Assembly: GCA_965225945.1 (NCBI GenBank) | Contig: CBDDBZ010000027.1 | Coordinates: 1-64,000, forward strand | From: Alphaproteobacteria bacterium | GTDB taxonomy: Bacteria; Pseudomonadota; Alphaproteobacteria; GCA-2731375 | Length of the DNA stretch: 64,000 bases | Direction of reading: 5' to 3' | Shown: piece after piece, positions 1 to 10,191 of the stretch | Position numbering within the stretch: position 1 is the first letter of the stretch | How the letters are laid out: every line of letters begins with the position of its first letter | Notes under the pieces: model-generated | What the model was told of the DNA's origin: nothing | What the model saw: the letters and a program-made list of their open reading frames with translations, nothing else | Database searches by the model: none | Translations under genes and position numbers: made by a program

Positions 1-154
1 CGCACGGGTTCGCCGCACGACACGGCGAAGAGACAGCCGCCGGATGGCAAGGGTTGTGGCCGGCGGCCGCGGGATTGGCAGAGGCGGCGACGCCGCCCAT
101 GGCAACCGCCGCGCCAAGCGCGATGACAGTTTTCTTGAGGGAGTTAGCTTTCAT
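1..154 (-). CDS. N-terminus of a secreted protein with NPC-type Cys motifs (runs off the window edge)
   Basis: Manual translation from ATG at 154: MKANSLKKTVIALGAAVAMGGVAASANPAAAGHNPCHPAAVSSPCRAANPC; signal-peptide-like N-terminus; divergent from the LysR gene. Confidence 0.6.
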   Translation of the reverse strand, partial: MKANSLKKTVIALGAAVAMGGVAASANPAAAGHNPCHPAAVSSPCRAANPC

Positions 155-173
155 GGTCAGCATCGTGTTAGGC

Positions 174-1624
174 GGCGATGTCCCGCCCAATGTTGAAAAG
201 TGCGAGATAGGCATCGTCTGATCGAGAGGCTACGCGGCCACCTCGATGTCTTCAATGACGGACTTTGCTCCGGCCTTTCTCACCGCCTCCCGCAGGGCGG
301 CGTCAAGGACGGGGAGCTGGCGGTAGGCCTTGAGGCGGCGGAAGGTCTTTTGCGCCTCCAAGAGGCCGGCGGCGGTCCAACGCAGCGCCATCTCGGCGTT
401 GCGCCAGCGCTTGACGTTCCGCTGCACCGTCCGGACGGTGCCGATCGCGTTCTCGATGGCGTTGGTGCAAGCCAGCGAGTGTCGAAGTTGCGGCGGGAGG
501 CCGAGCCGGATCACGGTCAGGATCTCGTCCAGGCCCTCCAGGATCGAGCCCGAGACGCCGGGTGCGTCATGCTCCAGACGGCGGGCGAGGTTGCGCAAGA
601 GCCGTTCGGCCTTGGCCGCGTCGTCCTGCTGCCAGGCCTGCCGCAAGACCTTCCTGACGCCGGCATGGAGGCTCTCGTCCAGCCGGTCCGTGATGTTGCG
701 CCCCTTGTGCACCTGGCAGCGCTGGAGGGCCGCCGCCCGCCCGAAGGTCCGCCGGATCGCCTTCGAGAGCGCCTTGGCGCCGTCGACGATGTAGAGCCGA
801 GGCCGTTCGGGATCGAGACCGCGCTCGATCAGGTTGTCGAGCATGGCTTGCACCGTGGCCGCGTTCTCCGTCGCGCCCTCGGCCAGGCCCAGCACGTGCT
901 TCGCGCCGCCGGTGTCGATGCCGATCGCCGCCACCATCAGGTGATCGCCGACATGGAGCCCGTCGATCTGGAGCACCACGAGATCGAGATCGTCGAGCGG
1001 GCTCGCCAGCCAGGCCTTCAGCTTGCTTCGCGTCAACGCCACGAAACGGCGCGAGACCGCCGACTTCGAGGTTGCGTCACCCGATGCCGCCGGCAGATCG
1101 CCGCCCGCATCGTCCGGCAGGCGCACCGCGCGGGCATACTTGCGGGTCGAGACGTTGATCACCATCAGATTCATCGCCCAGGCTTGCAAGAGTTCGGGTT
1201 CCGACAGCAGCTCCCAACTCGGCAGGCTCATCTCCCGACCCGCGAAGTCCCGCACCCGAGGGCGCTCGACCTTCACTTTGCCGCCGTGGTAGGCGATCTC
1301 GCTCCGGGTCGTGCCCCATCGATGGCCCTTGCGCTCGCCCGAGCGGGCGTGGCGCGAACCGCACAAGGCTTCCGCGTCCGCCGACATCATCTCGTTCAAA
1401 GACTCGAGGCCCGCCAAAAGGCAGAAGCGATCGACGCTCATGCGCAGATCGTCGAAGGCCTCCGGCATCGATGGCAAGAGCCGACAGGATGGTTCCGAGG
1501 AACGGTCGTTGCGTGTAGTCTTGGTCATGGCGTCGTTCTCCTTGATGGAATCAGCACCCAGAGCCTAGCGGCTCCAGGCGGACGACGCCTACTTCAACTT
1601 TTCAACAGAGCCCGGGACATCCCC
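174..1624 (-). mobile_element. IS256-family insertion sequence
   Basis: Imperfect IRs GGCGATGTCCCGCCCAATGTTGAAAAGT / GGGGATGTCCCGGGCTCTGTTGAAAAGT; 8-bp direct repeat TGTTAGGC at 166-173 and 1625-1632. Confidence 0.9.
230..1528 (-). CDS. IS256-family (Mutator-type DDE) transposase
   Basis: Motifs LQIDG, YIVDGAKAL, QRCQVHKGRN, TNAIE...VKRWRN. Confidence 0.92.
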   Translation of the reverse strand: MTKTTRNDRSSEPSCRLLPSMPEAFDDLRMSVDRFCLLAGLESLNEMMSADAEALCGSRHARSGERKGHRWGTTRSEIAYHGGKVKVERPRVRDFAGREMSLPSWELLSEPELLQAWAMNLMVINVSTRKYARAVRLPDDAGGDLPAASGDATSKSAVSRRFVALTRSKLKAWLASPLDDLDLVVLQIDGLHVGDHLMVAAIGIDTGGAKHVLGLAEGATENAATVQAMLDNLIERGLDPERPRLYIVDGAKALSKAIRRTFGRAAALQRCQVHKGRNITDRLDESLHAGVRKVLRQAWQQDDAAKAERLLRNLARRLEHDAPGVSGSILEGLDEILTVIRLGLPPQLRHSLACTNAIENAIGTVRTVQRNVKRWRNAEMALRWTAAGLLEAQKTFRRLKAYRQLPVLDAALREAVRKAGAKSVIEDIEVAA

Positions 1625-1744
1625 TGTTAGGCTCCGTTAAGGTGATTGTCCATGATCGGAAAGTAAGTGCGCGGTCTTCAGTTGTGAAATACCGGCTACG
1701 CACAAATTCGATAACGATAGGTTATGGAAGTAGAGGCATTGGCC

Positions 1745-2623
1745 ATGGAGATGCATCAGGTGCGCTATTTCCTGGCGGTTTGCGAGACGCTGAACTTCAC
1801 CCGAGCCGCCGAGCGTTGCCATGTCTCCCAACCGGCCCTGACGCGAGCCGTCAAGAAGCTCGAGGAAGAACTGGGCGGGCCGTTGTTCCGGCGCGAGCGC
1901 AACCACACACACCTGACCGACCTCGGTCGGATGATGAAGCCCCATCTCGAGCAAAGCCTTGCCAGCACCATGACTGCCCTGGCCACGGCCCAGGATTTCC
2001 AAAGCCTGGAAAAGGCGCCACTCAATCTGGGTGTGATGTGTACGATCGGTCCGAGCCGCCTGATTGGGCTGATGTCGAAAATTCGGCGCGACCTCCCCGG
2101 CATCGAGCTGACACTGCACGACGTGGTTCCGAACGAAGTGGTGGATCGCCTGTTGGCTGGCAGCCTCGACGTGGCGTTATTCGGGTTACCCGAAGGCCTG
2201 CCGGAACGGTTCGATAGGCGCCCGCTCTATCGCGAGCGCTACGTTGTCGCTTTCCCGCCTGGCCATAAGTTCGAGAACAAAAACGTCGTACCGCTGCGCG
2301 ATATGGACAACGAATCCTATCTCGCACGGCTCAATTGCGAGTATACTGATCACATTCGTGGTCTCATAACGGAATCGAAAGTGTCCCTCGATATCCGCTA
2401 TGCCAGTGAGCGCGAAGATTGGGTCCAGAGCATGATCCTCTCCGGCATGGGGTCCACGTTCCTGCCGGAGCATCTGTCCCTACATCCGGACCTGCCAATG
2501 CGACTCCTCGCCGAGCCAGAAATCACGCGGCAGATCGAGCTTGTTACCGTGGCCGGTCGGCGGTTCTCGCCAGCGGTCAAGGCTTTCGTCGATCTGGCCG
2601 AGACCCACGACTGGTCGACATGA
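1745..2623 (+). CDS. LysR-family transcriptional regulator
   Basis: N-terminal HTH MEMHQVRYFLAVCETLNFTRAAERCHVSQPALTRAVKKLEEELG; typical ~290-aa length. Confidence 0.95.
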   Translation: MEMHQVRYFLAVCETLNFTRAAERCHVSQPALTRAVKKLEEELGGPLFRRERNHTHLTDLGRMMKPHLEQSLASTMTALATAQDFQSLEKAPLNLGVMCTIGPSRLIGLMSKIRRDLPGIELTLHDVVPNEVVDRLLAGSLDVALFGLPEGLPERFDRRPLYRERYVVAFPPGHKFENKNVVPLRDMDNESYLARLNCEYTDHIRGLITESKVSLDIRYASEREDWVQSMILSGMGSTFLPEHLSLHPDLPMRLLAEPEITRQIELVTVAGRRFSPAVKAFVDLAETHDWST

Positions 2624-2957
2624 GGGTGGGCCGTGCCGATAGCGAAGAGATGGATTGGCTTATTCCAGATCGGTCTTGAGCGGATAGAGCACCTTTGCGC
2701 CTTGGCGCAGGTCCCCGAGGTCCTCGAAATGTTCCAGAAAATCAACGACTTGGCCGAATGCCTCGTCTGCCTCCGCATACCCGCGCGCCATCTCCGTGAT
2801 TCTCCTTGCGAATCAAGCGAACCAATAGAGATTCGGAACTTTCTCCCGCTGTCACGCTCAAACTCACCCGATCGCCTTGGCATGTCGGCGGAGGCGAGGA
2901 TTCTCGGCTAAAATACCGCCCGGCAAGCAAAACGGCTCCCGAAGGGGAGCGAAGGAC

Positions 2958-4061
2958 ATGCCCCTGCGCCTGCAACTCGTCATCCTGGTCACGCTCGGCG
3001 CGCTCGCGGCGGGGGGCTGGTGGTGGCTCGTCGGCAAGCCGGGCGAGGCCGGTGGCGAGGCCGCCGAGCCGCGCCGCGCAGGTGCCGCGCGGGTCGTCGT
3101 AGTGGCACCCGTGGCATTTGCGCTCGATCGCGTCACCCTTCGCCTGATCGGCACCGGCCGGGCGATCCGCTCCGCCGCCATCCATCCCAAGGTCGCGGGC
3201 GAGGTGGTCGCGGTCGGCTTCCACGCCGAACAGCGGGTGAAGGCGGGCCAGCCCTTGCTCCGGCTCGATTCCAAGCACCAACGTCTGTCGGTTCGCCTGG
3301 CGAAGGTCGCGCTCGAGGAGGCGCGGCGCGACGTCGCGCGGATGGAGCGGCTCGCACCCTCGGGCCACGCCTCGCGCGCGCGGCTGGACACGTCGCGTGC
3401 CGAAGCGGAGGCGGCGGCGATCCGCCTCGAGCAGGCCCAGGCCGAATTGGCCGATCGAGTCGTGCGCGCGCCCTTCGACGGCGCCCTCGGCCTGACCGAG
3501 ATCGAGGTCGGAGACCGGGTCGACGAGGACACCACCATCGCCAGCATAGACGATTCCTCCCAGATCCTGGTCGAGTTCAACCTGCCGGAGGATTATGCCG
3601 GACGCGTCGCCGTCGGCGATGGCGTCGCCATCCGCCCCTGGTCGATGCCCGGGGCCGAGATCGCCGGCACGATCACCGCGACCGACAGCCGGATCGGCGC
3701 GACCATGCGATCGCTCAAGGTCCGGGCGCGGATCGCCAATCCCGACGGCCGGATCCGTCCCGGCAGCAGCTTCGAGGTCCGCCTCGAGTTCACCGGCCGG
3801 GCCTACCCGAGGATCAAGGAAGTCGCGGTGCTCTGGAGTCGTGACGGCGCCTACCTCTGGCGGGTCACCGACGGCAAGGCCGAGAAGGTCTTCGTCGAGC
3901 TGGTCCGGCGCGACCAGGGCCATGTGCTGGTCGACGGCCCGTTGCGCGAGGGCGACGAAATCGTCGTCGAGGGCGTGCAAGGCCTGCGTGCCGGCCGGAA
4001 GCTCCGCGTCCGGCCCGAAGCGGCGCCGGGCCCACCCGCCACGCGGGACACCAAGTCATGA
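2958..4061 (+). CDS. RND efflux periplasmic adaptor (membrane fusion protein)
   Basis: N-terminal anchor, lipoyl-like VKAGQPLLRLD and VRAPFDG motifs; overlaps the start of the RND permease. Confidence 0.92.
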   Translation: MPLRLQLVILVTLGALAAGGWWWLVGKPGEAGGEAAEPRRAGAARVVVVAPVAFALDRVTLRLIGTGRAIRSAAIHPKVAGEVVAVGFHAEQRVKAGQPLLRLDSKHQRLSVRLAKVALEEARRDVARMERLAPSGHASRARLDTSRAEAEAAAIRLEQAQAELADRVVRAPFDGALGLTEIEVGDRVDEDTTIASIDDSSQILVEFNLPEDYAGRVAVGDGVAIRPWSMPGAEIAGTITATDSRIGATMRSLKVRARIANPDGRIRPGSSFEVRLEFTGRAYPRIKEVAVLWSRDGAYLWRVTDGKAEKVFVELVRRDQGHVLVDGPLREGDEIVVEGVQGLRAGRKLRVRPEAAPGPPATRDTKS

Positions 4062-7000
4062 GCTTCCGTGCGAGCGATCTACCGGCGCTCGCGGTCCGCC
4101 GCCCCACGCTGATCGTCGTGCTCAATCTGCTGATCATCGTCGCTGGGCTCGGCGCTCTTCTCGGTGTCGAGGTCCGCGAACTCCCGGACGTCGACCGTCC
4201 CGTCGTCACCGTCCGCGCCTTCTTCGAGGGCGCCTCGCCGGAGACCATGGACGCAGAGGTCACCAGCGTCATCGAGGGCGCGGTGGCCCGGGTCGCCGGC
4301 GTCACCACGATCAACGCCGCGAGCGAGGAAAATAACGCCCGCATCCGGGCCGAGTTCTCGGCCGACGTCGATCTCGACGTCGCCGCCAACGACGTTCGCG
4401 AGGCGGTGGCGGCGATCGAGCGGCGCCTGCCGGAGGGGGTCGAGGACCTGATCGTCCGTAAGGCGGACCACGACGCCGCGCCGATCATCCGCCTCGCGTT
4501 GGTGAGCGAGCGGCTTTCGCACGACGCGCTGACGCGGCTGGCGGAGGAGGACGTCTCGCCGGAGCTGACGGCGATCCCCGGAGTGGCGGCGGTCAGCCTG
4601 TTCGGCGACCGGGCCCGCGTGCTGCGCATCATCGTCGATCCCATGCGCCTCGCCCGCCATGGCCTCTCCATAGACGATGTCGCCGACGTGCTGGAGAGCA
4701 TCGATCTCGACGTGCCGGCGGGCAGCTTCAAGTCCGACGACCAACTGCTGCTGGTCCGCGCCGACGCTTCGGTGTGGCGACCGGAGGACGTGGAGCGCCT
4801 GGTGATCCGCGACGACATCCGCCTCTCCGACGTGGCGCGGGCGATCTACGGACCGGCGGATGCGGAGAGTCATACCCTCTTGAACGGTCGCCGGGTGATC
4901 GGGCTTTCGATCCAGCGCCGCGCCCGCTCCAACACCATCGAGATATCGGCGGCGGTGGAACGCGCGATGGCGCGCCTGAACCGCCGTCTCGAGGCTGCGG
5001 AGCTGATCAAGATCTCGGACGACGCGCGCTTTATCCGGGGCGCGATCCGGGAGGTCCTGGTCTCCCTCGCCATCGCCGTGCCGGTGGTGCTGCTGGTGAT
5101 CTACCTCTTCATGGGCGCGCTCCGGCCGACGCTGATTCCGGCGGTGGCGATCCCGATCGCGCTCGTGGGCACGGTGGGGGCGATCTGGCTCTTGGGCTTC
5201 TCGATCAACATCCTGACGCTGCTGGCCCTGGTGCTGGCGACCGGCATGATCGTCGACGATGCGATCGTCGTGGTGGAGAACATCCAGCGTCGCCGCGCCG
5301 AGGGCGGCAAGCCGCTGGCGGCCGCCGTGATCGGCACCCGGCAGGTTTTCTTCGCCGTGTTGGCGACCACGGCGACGCTGGTCGCGGTGTTCGTTCCCAT
5401 CGCCTTCCTGCCAGGTCAGGCGGGCCGCCTCTTCACCGAGTTCGGCTTCGTCTTGGCGATCGCCGTCGTGATCTCCTCCTTCGTCGCGTTGACGCTCTGC
5501 CCCATGCTGGCCTCCCGGCTTCCCGGGCCGGGGACGAGCGACGGCGCCGGCCTCCGGGCCAGCCTCGGCCGGGGCCTCGAGGCGGCCTATCGCCGGCTGC
5601 TCGAATTCACCCTCGGCGCCCCCGTGCTCACCCTCGGCACGGCGGGAATCGCGGCCGCAATCGCCGTCACGCTGTTCCCCGCCATAGAGCGGGAGTTGCT
5701 GCCGAGGGAGGATCGCGGCGCGTTGTTCATATACCTGCAGGGGCCGGACGGAGTCGGGCTCGACTACATGGACCGCCAGTCGGCCCAGGCCGAGGCTCTG
5801 CTGGAGCCGCTGCGCCAAGCCGGCGAGATCGAGAACGTGATGGCGATCGTCGGCCGCTGGGACCTGAACCGGGTCTATATCGCCGCTCCCCTCAGCCCCT
5901 GGTCGGATCGCGAGCGGAGCCAGGCGGCGATCGCGGCCGAACTGCGCGGGCCCCTGAAGGCGATCCCCGGCGCCACCGCTCGGGTGCGCCAGCCCAACAG
6001 CCTCAACCTCTGGCGTACCGGCGGGCGGATCGAATTCACTCTCACCGGGTCCGACTATGGGCGGATCGCCCAGGCGGCGGACGCGTTCGTGGCGGCGATC
6101 CACCAGCGCCTCCCCGGCCTGGAGGATCCGGAGATCGAATATCAGCAGACCCAGCCGCAACTCTCGATCAAGGTCGACCGGCGCCGCGCGGAGGATCTGG
6201 GCGTGCCGGTGGAACGTATCGCCCGAACCTTGCGCGCCATGGTCGATGGGCTCGAGGTGGCGGAGCTCAACCTCGACGATCGCGCGGTGCCGGTGAGGTT
6301 GGAATCGGCGGCCGGCGCGATCGACGATCCGAGCGATCTCGCCAACCTCTTCGTCGCCTCGAATTCGGGCGAGCTGGTGGCGCTCGCCAGCTTCATCACC
6401 CTGGAGGAGACCGGCGTCGCGGCGGAGCTCGACCGCGCCGGCCAAAAGCGCGCCATCGAGATCGACGCGCCCTTGGCCCCCGGCTACTCCCTGGCGAGTG
6501 CGATCGAGGATATCGAGGCGCTGGCCGACGAGGTGCTGCCGGAAGGCATCGGGCTCCGCTTCATTCGCGAGGCGGCGAAGTTCCAGGACACCAATTACGC
6601 CGTGGCGATTACCTTCGCGGTCGCCGTACTGGTGGTGCTGTTGGTGCTGGCGGCGCAGTTCGAAAGCTTCTGCTCCGCCGCCGTGATCGTGCTGACGGTG
6701 CCTTTCGGCCTCGCGGCGGCGGTCTTCGCCCTGGTGGCAACCGGTTCCAGCCTCAACATCTACAGCCAGATCGGGCTCGTGTTGCTGGTCGGCCTGATGG
6801 CGAAGAACGGCATCCTGGTGGTGGAGTTCGCCGATCAACTGCGCGACCGGGGGAAGAGCGTGGGCGAGGCGATCCGGACCGCCGCCACCACCCGCCTGCG
6901 AGCGGTGACGATGACCATGCTGTCGACCGTGCTCGGCGCGCTGCCCCTGATATTAGGCAGCGGCCCCGGCGCCGAGGCCCGGGGCGCCATCGGCTGGGTG

Positions 7001-7174
7001 GTGTTCGGCGGGCTCGGCATCGCCACCATCTTCACGCTCGTATTGATTCCGGTGATCTATTCCCTGCTCGCCCCCCTGCGGCCGCCCCGCGCGCATGCCG
7101 GCATCCGCCTGGACCGCGAGCTCCGGGAGCTCGAGGGGCTCCCGGCGCCGGTCTTCGAACGGGCGGCGGAATGA
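4058..7174 (+). CDS. RND efflux permease (AcrB/AcrD/AcrF family)
   Basis: 1038 aa; GMIVDDAIVVVENI and GLMAKNGILVVEFA motifs. Confidence 0.96.
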   Translation: MSFRASDLPALAVRRPTLIVVLNLLIIVAGLGALLGVEVRELPDVDRPVVTVRAFFEGASPETMDAEVTSVIEGAVARVAGVTTINAASEENNARIRAEFSADVDLDVAANDVREAVAAIERRLPEGVEDLIVRKADHDAAPIIRLALVSERLSHDALTRLAEEDVSPELTAIPGVAAVSLFGDRARVLRIIVDPMRLARHGLSIDDVADVLESIDLDVPAGSFKSDDQLLLVRADASVWRPEDVERLVIRDDIRLSDVARAIYGPADAESHTLLNGRRVIGLSIQRRARSNTIEISAAVERAMARLNRRLEAAELIKISDDARFIRGAIREVLVSLAIAVPVVLLVIYLFMGALRPTLIPAVAIPIALVGTVGAIWLLGFSINILTLLALVLATGMIVDDAIVVVENIQRRRAEGGKPLAAAVIGTRQVFFAVLATTATLVAVFVPIAFLPGQAGRLFTEFGFVLAIAVVISSFVALTLCPMLASRLPGPGTSDGAGLRASLGRGLEAAYRRLLEFTLGAPVLTLGTAGIAAAIAVTLFPAIERELLPREDRGALFIYLQGPDGVGLDYMDRQSAQAEALLEPLRQAGEIENVMAIVGRWDLNRVYIAAPLSPWSDRERSQAAIAAELRGPLKAIPGATARVRQPNSLNLWRTGGRIEFTLTGSDYGRIAQAADAFVAAIHQRLPGLEDPEIEYQQTQPQLSIKVDRRRAEDLGVPVERIARTLRAMVDGLEVAELNLDDRAVPVRLESAAGAIDDPSDLANLFVASNSGELVALASFITLEETGVAAELDRAGQKRAIEIDAPLAPGYSLASAIEDIEALADEVLPEGIGLRFIREAAKFQDTNYAVAITFAVAVLVVLLVLAAQFESFCSAAVIVLTVPFGLAAAVFALVATGSSLNIYSQIGLVLLVGLMAKNGILVVEFADQLRDRGKSVGEAIRTAATTRLRAVTMTMLSTVLGALPLILGSGPGAEARGAIGWVVFGGLGIATIFTLVLIPVIYSLLAPLRPPRAHAGIRLDRELRELEGLPAPVFERAAE

Positions 7175-7180
7175 ACGGCG

Positions 7181-7270
7181 ATGGAAATTCGCGATCTGGA
7201 GCCGCGAGACTTTGCTTGGGTGCTGGCGCTCAATCAGCGACACGTGGTCGAGCTGTCGTCACTCACGCTA
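7181..7270 (+). pseudogene. 5' fragment of a probable GNAT acetyltransferase
   Basis: MEIRDLEPRDFAWVLALNQRHVVELSSLTL directly after the RND stop codon; breaks off at the CCAATTACGGTG repeat. Confidence 0.5.
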
Positions 7271-7307
7271 CCAATTACGGTGCCAATTACGGTGACAGCG
7301 CACTTAA
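7271..7307. repeat. 12-bp tandem CCAATTACGGTG followed by ACAGCGCACTTAA (REP-like motif)
   Basis: Seen directly at the junction of two truncated or convergent genes. Confidence 0.5.
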
Positions 7308-8373
7308 CCCCTCGTCGAGGGTGAGCACGATTTTCCCCGTATGTTTTTTAGCCATAAAATCGGTTTGTGCGTCCGCGATCCGCTCGAGCGGGAAGGTTTT
7401 GGCCACGAGGGGAGATATGCGCCCGCACTCGATGTGTTCGATCAGATTTGTGAACACCTCGGGTTCCAAGACCGTACAACCGAACAGGCTCACGGCTGCC
7501 CTCGAATCCTTCAAATAGAGGGTCCGGATGTCCAGTTCGACGATAGGACCGCCAATCGCACCGGCCACGGCGTAGCGTCCTCCCGGGCAGAGCGCGTCGA
7601 GATGTTCCGGCCATTGTGCCCCCCCCAACTAAATCAATCACGACATCCATGCTATCTCGCCCAAGCATTTCGACAACGCTATCCTCTCGTGCAAGCGTCC
7701 GCTCGGCACCGAGACGGAGAAGATCTTTTGCCTTCGTGGGGCTTGTCACGGCGATGACCCGTGCCCCGCGAGAACGTGCCAATTGAATTGCCGCGGAACC
7801 GACACCACCCGAGGCGCCGATGACGAGGAGCCTGTCGCCGGCTTTTGTATTCGAGCGTGTCAGGAGGTTTTCCGCCGTGGAATAGGAGCATGGAAACGAA
7901 GCGAGTTCGGCGTCGTTCAGCTTGCTCTCGATTCCATATGGGTGTCGTGATGCAACCACGGTGTATTCGGCAAATCCTCCGTCGCATTCGGAACCGAAAT
8001 ACCAGGGCCGTTCCAACTCTTGCCCGCCGGCTTCGCGGATGCACGGTTCTATTAAAACGCGCTCGCCGATCCGATCCGCGCTGATCTCTTTGCCGACGGC
8101 AACGATCCGCCCGCAAACGTCGGCACCCTGGATGCGTGGAAAGTGTATGGGCGCACCAGACCAGCTTGCATCCTCGCTTGCACCGTCTTGCTTGGAATAC
8201 CAAGCCGTTCGAGTATTTATATCCGTGTTGTCGACGCCCGCCGCGGCCACGCGAATGAGAACCTCTCGAGGGTTTGGATGGGGAACCCGGATGTCACGAC
8301 GCAGCAAGAGTTTTTCAAGGCCACCATGCCCGGTGAGCCACACGGCCCGCATCGTTTTTGGCAAATCATTCAC
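7287..8373 (-). pseudogene. MDR-family alcohol dehydrogenase/quinone oxidoreductase, frameshifted
   Basis: GHE-equivalent PRIQGADVCG and GASGGVG motifs in one frame; the C-terminus continues in another frame after a C8 run at about 7619-7626 (real frameshift or homopolymer error). Confidence 0.8.
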
Positions 8374-8416
8374 CCGATTTCTCTCATGAAAAACCCTTGT
8401 GCGCGATTTTTGCAAT

Positions 8417-8466
8417 TTCGAGACCGGTAACAAAATACACCGAAGCGAAGGACTTTTTAACCGGGA
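8417..8466 (+). repeat. Intergenic mini-repeat (GCGAAGCGAAGGACTTTT family), copy A
   Basis: Core shared with copies at about 14325, 20901, 30426, 41287 and 56408 (reverse). Confidence 0.65.
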
Positions 8467-8820
8467 GCCGTCGAAACTCCGCTGCCGGCCGCGCGCGCCC
8501 TGGCGCACCGCCTCGAAGCGCGCCATCGCCTCCTGCCGCCTCGCTCCCCTCGGAGTGCGGCGCGGACCACGGCATCCCCGGGTCGCCGTCGCTGTCCTCG
8601 CCTTGGCGTGAAGCCCGCTTCGTGTCCCGAATTGAACACGGCTTCGTGCTCGGAGCACGCGCGGGGCGGGAGACGAGCCAAGGTGGGACAACCCGTCGTC
8701 CGATCCGCCGCACCCATGGATCGCGCAACGGAATGGCACTAATCTTTGCCTGGGCTTGAGGCCCGAAACCGAAACTCACCGATGTTTCCCGCATCGGATG
8801 CGCCGAGGGTGTTCCCTGCG

Positions 8821-10071
8821 ATGACGTTACGGCAACCGTCTTCGACATCTCCGATGTTCGATTCACTCGGTCAGTGGCTGATGGACAGCGGCGTGAAAGA
8901 AGCCGAGGTCGACGAGGTTGTCCAGGGTTTCGGCCGCCGCCTGGTGGATGCGGGCGTTTCGCTCTATCGCGTGAGCCTGGGCGGCATTCTGCTGCACCCG
9001 GTGTTCGGTGCCCTGGACGTGGTCTGGAACTCCCGCGACGACACCGTGGTCAGCCAGAGGGCGCCGCGGCGCCTCGTCACCTCCGAGGTGTTCCAAAACT
9101 CGCCCTTTTTCTGGGCCGCATCCAACCGTGTCGCCTTTCACCGCTTCGAGCTGGGCGCCGGCCCGGTCGACCCGGAGTTTCCGATCTTCGAAAGGCTCCG
9201 CTCCGACGGCGTCACCGACTATCTGCTGTTTTTCGAATCCTATGGCCGCACCAATGACGTGCTCTGGGCCGATCTGCCCTCGGGCATGGAGGGGATCATT
9301 CTGTCCCTTTCCACGCGTCGCATCGGCGGCTTCGTCGAATTCGAGATCGACTATTTGCGGGCCTGGATGCTGCCCTTCGCACTGTGCATCAAGTTGATGA
9401 CGACGCACGCGTTGGCCCGCGCGCTACTCGATACCTATCTCGGAAAGCATTCCGGCAGCCGCATCCTCGACGGCATGGTCGAACGGGGCGACTGCGGGAT
9501 GATAGACTGTGTTCTGTTCTATTGCGATCTGCGCAATTCGACGAAATTGGCCGAAGAGCTATCGCCGGACCAGTACCTGGCGTTGATCAACGACTATTTC
9601 GACTGCACCGCGGGCGCCGTCGTCGATCACGGCGGCGAAGTCTTGAAGTTCATCGGTGACGCGGTATTGGCCATTTTTCCGGTCGATCCCGTGCACCGGC
9701 CGGCCGTGGACATGTGCCGCGCCGCCATCAGCGCGGCGCGCGAGGCCTTCAACCGTGGCGCGCACGGGGACAATTTATCGAGCTCGGCCGAGAAGGCTCT
9801 ACGGTTCGGCATTTCGCTGCACGTCGGGCAAGTGATGTACGGCAACGTCGGCACGGACCGCCGCCTCGACTTCACCGTGATCGGGCCGACGGTGAACCAG
9901 GCGATCCGACTCGACGGCCTATGCAAGGTGCTGGGCACGCCGCTCGTCGCCTCCGAGACTTTCGAGAAATTCTATGACGGCGAGCTGGTGACACTCGGCC
10001 AGCATCTACTGGCGGGAATGGCACCAGAGATCGAGGTTTATACCCTGCCCGAGTTTGCACCCGCGACATAG
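8821..10071 (+). CDS. Class III adenylate/guanylate cyclase
   Basis: FYCDLRNST, EVLKFIGDAVLAIF, GNVG...RLDFTVIGPTVN motifs; start codon uncertain. Confidence 0.92.
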   Translation: MTLRQPSSTSPMFDSLGQWLMDSGVKEAEVDEVVQGFGRRLVDAGVSLYRVSLGGILLHPVFGALDVVWNSRDDTVVSQRAPRRLVTSEVFQNSPFFWAASNRVAFHRFELGAGPVDPEFPIFERLRSDGVTDYLLFFESYGRTNDVLWADLPSGMEGIILSLSTRRIGGFVEFEIDYLRAWMLPFALCIKLMTTHALARALLDTYLGKHSGSRILDGMVERGDCGMIDCVLFYCDLRNSTKLAEELSPDQYLALINDYFDCTAGAVVDHGGEVLKFIGDAVLAIFPVDPVHRPAVDMCRAAISAAREAFNRGAHGDNLSSSAEKALRFGISLHVGQVMYGNVGTDRRLDFTVIGPTVNQAIRLDGLCKVLGTPLVASETFEKFYDGELVTLGQHLLAGMAPEIEVYTLPEFAPAT

Positions 10072-10191
10072 CGATAGCCGCGCAACGCCTCCTCCGGCAG
10101 GTTGTAGGCAGAGGTGGTCCGAGCGTGGGCCATGGCGATGTCGGCTGGACGTCGTTATTCTTCCGCCGCCAACCCCGCGAAGGAATCGCCG

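Noticed and set aside
4079-7518. Very long alternative-frame and antisense ORFs (919 aa, 914 aa; similar ones at 200-1630, 21388-23679, 28450-30894, 37636-40329 extension)
   Set aside because: Shadow ORFs expected in high-GC DNA, overlapping well-supported genes; Arg/Gly/Pro-rich with no motifs
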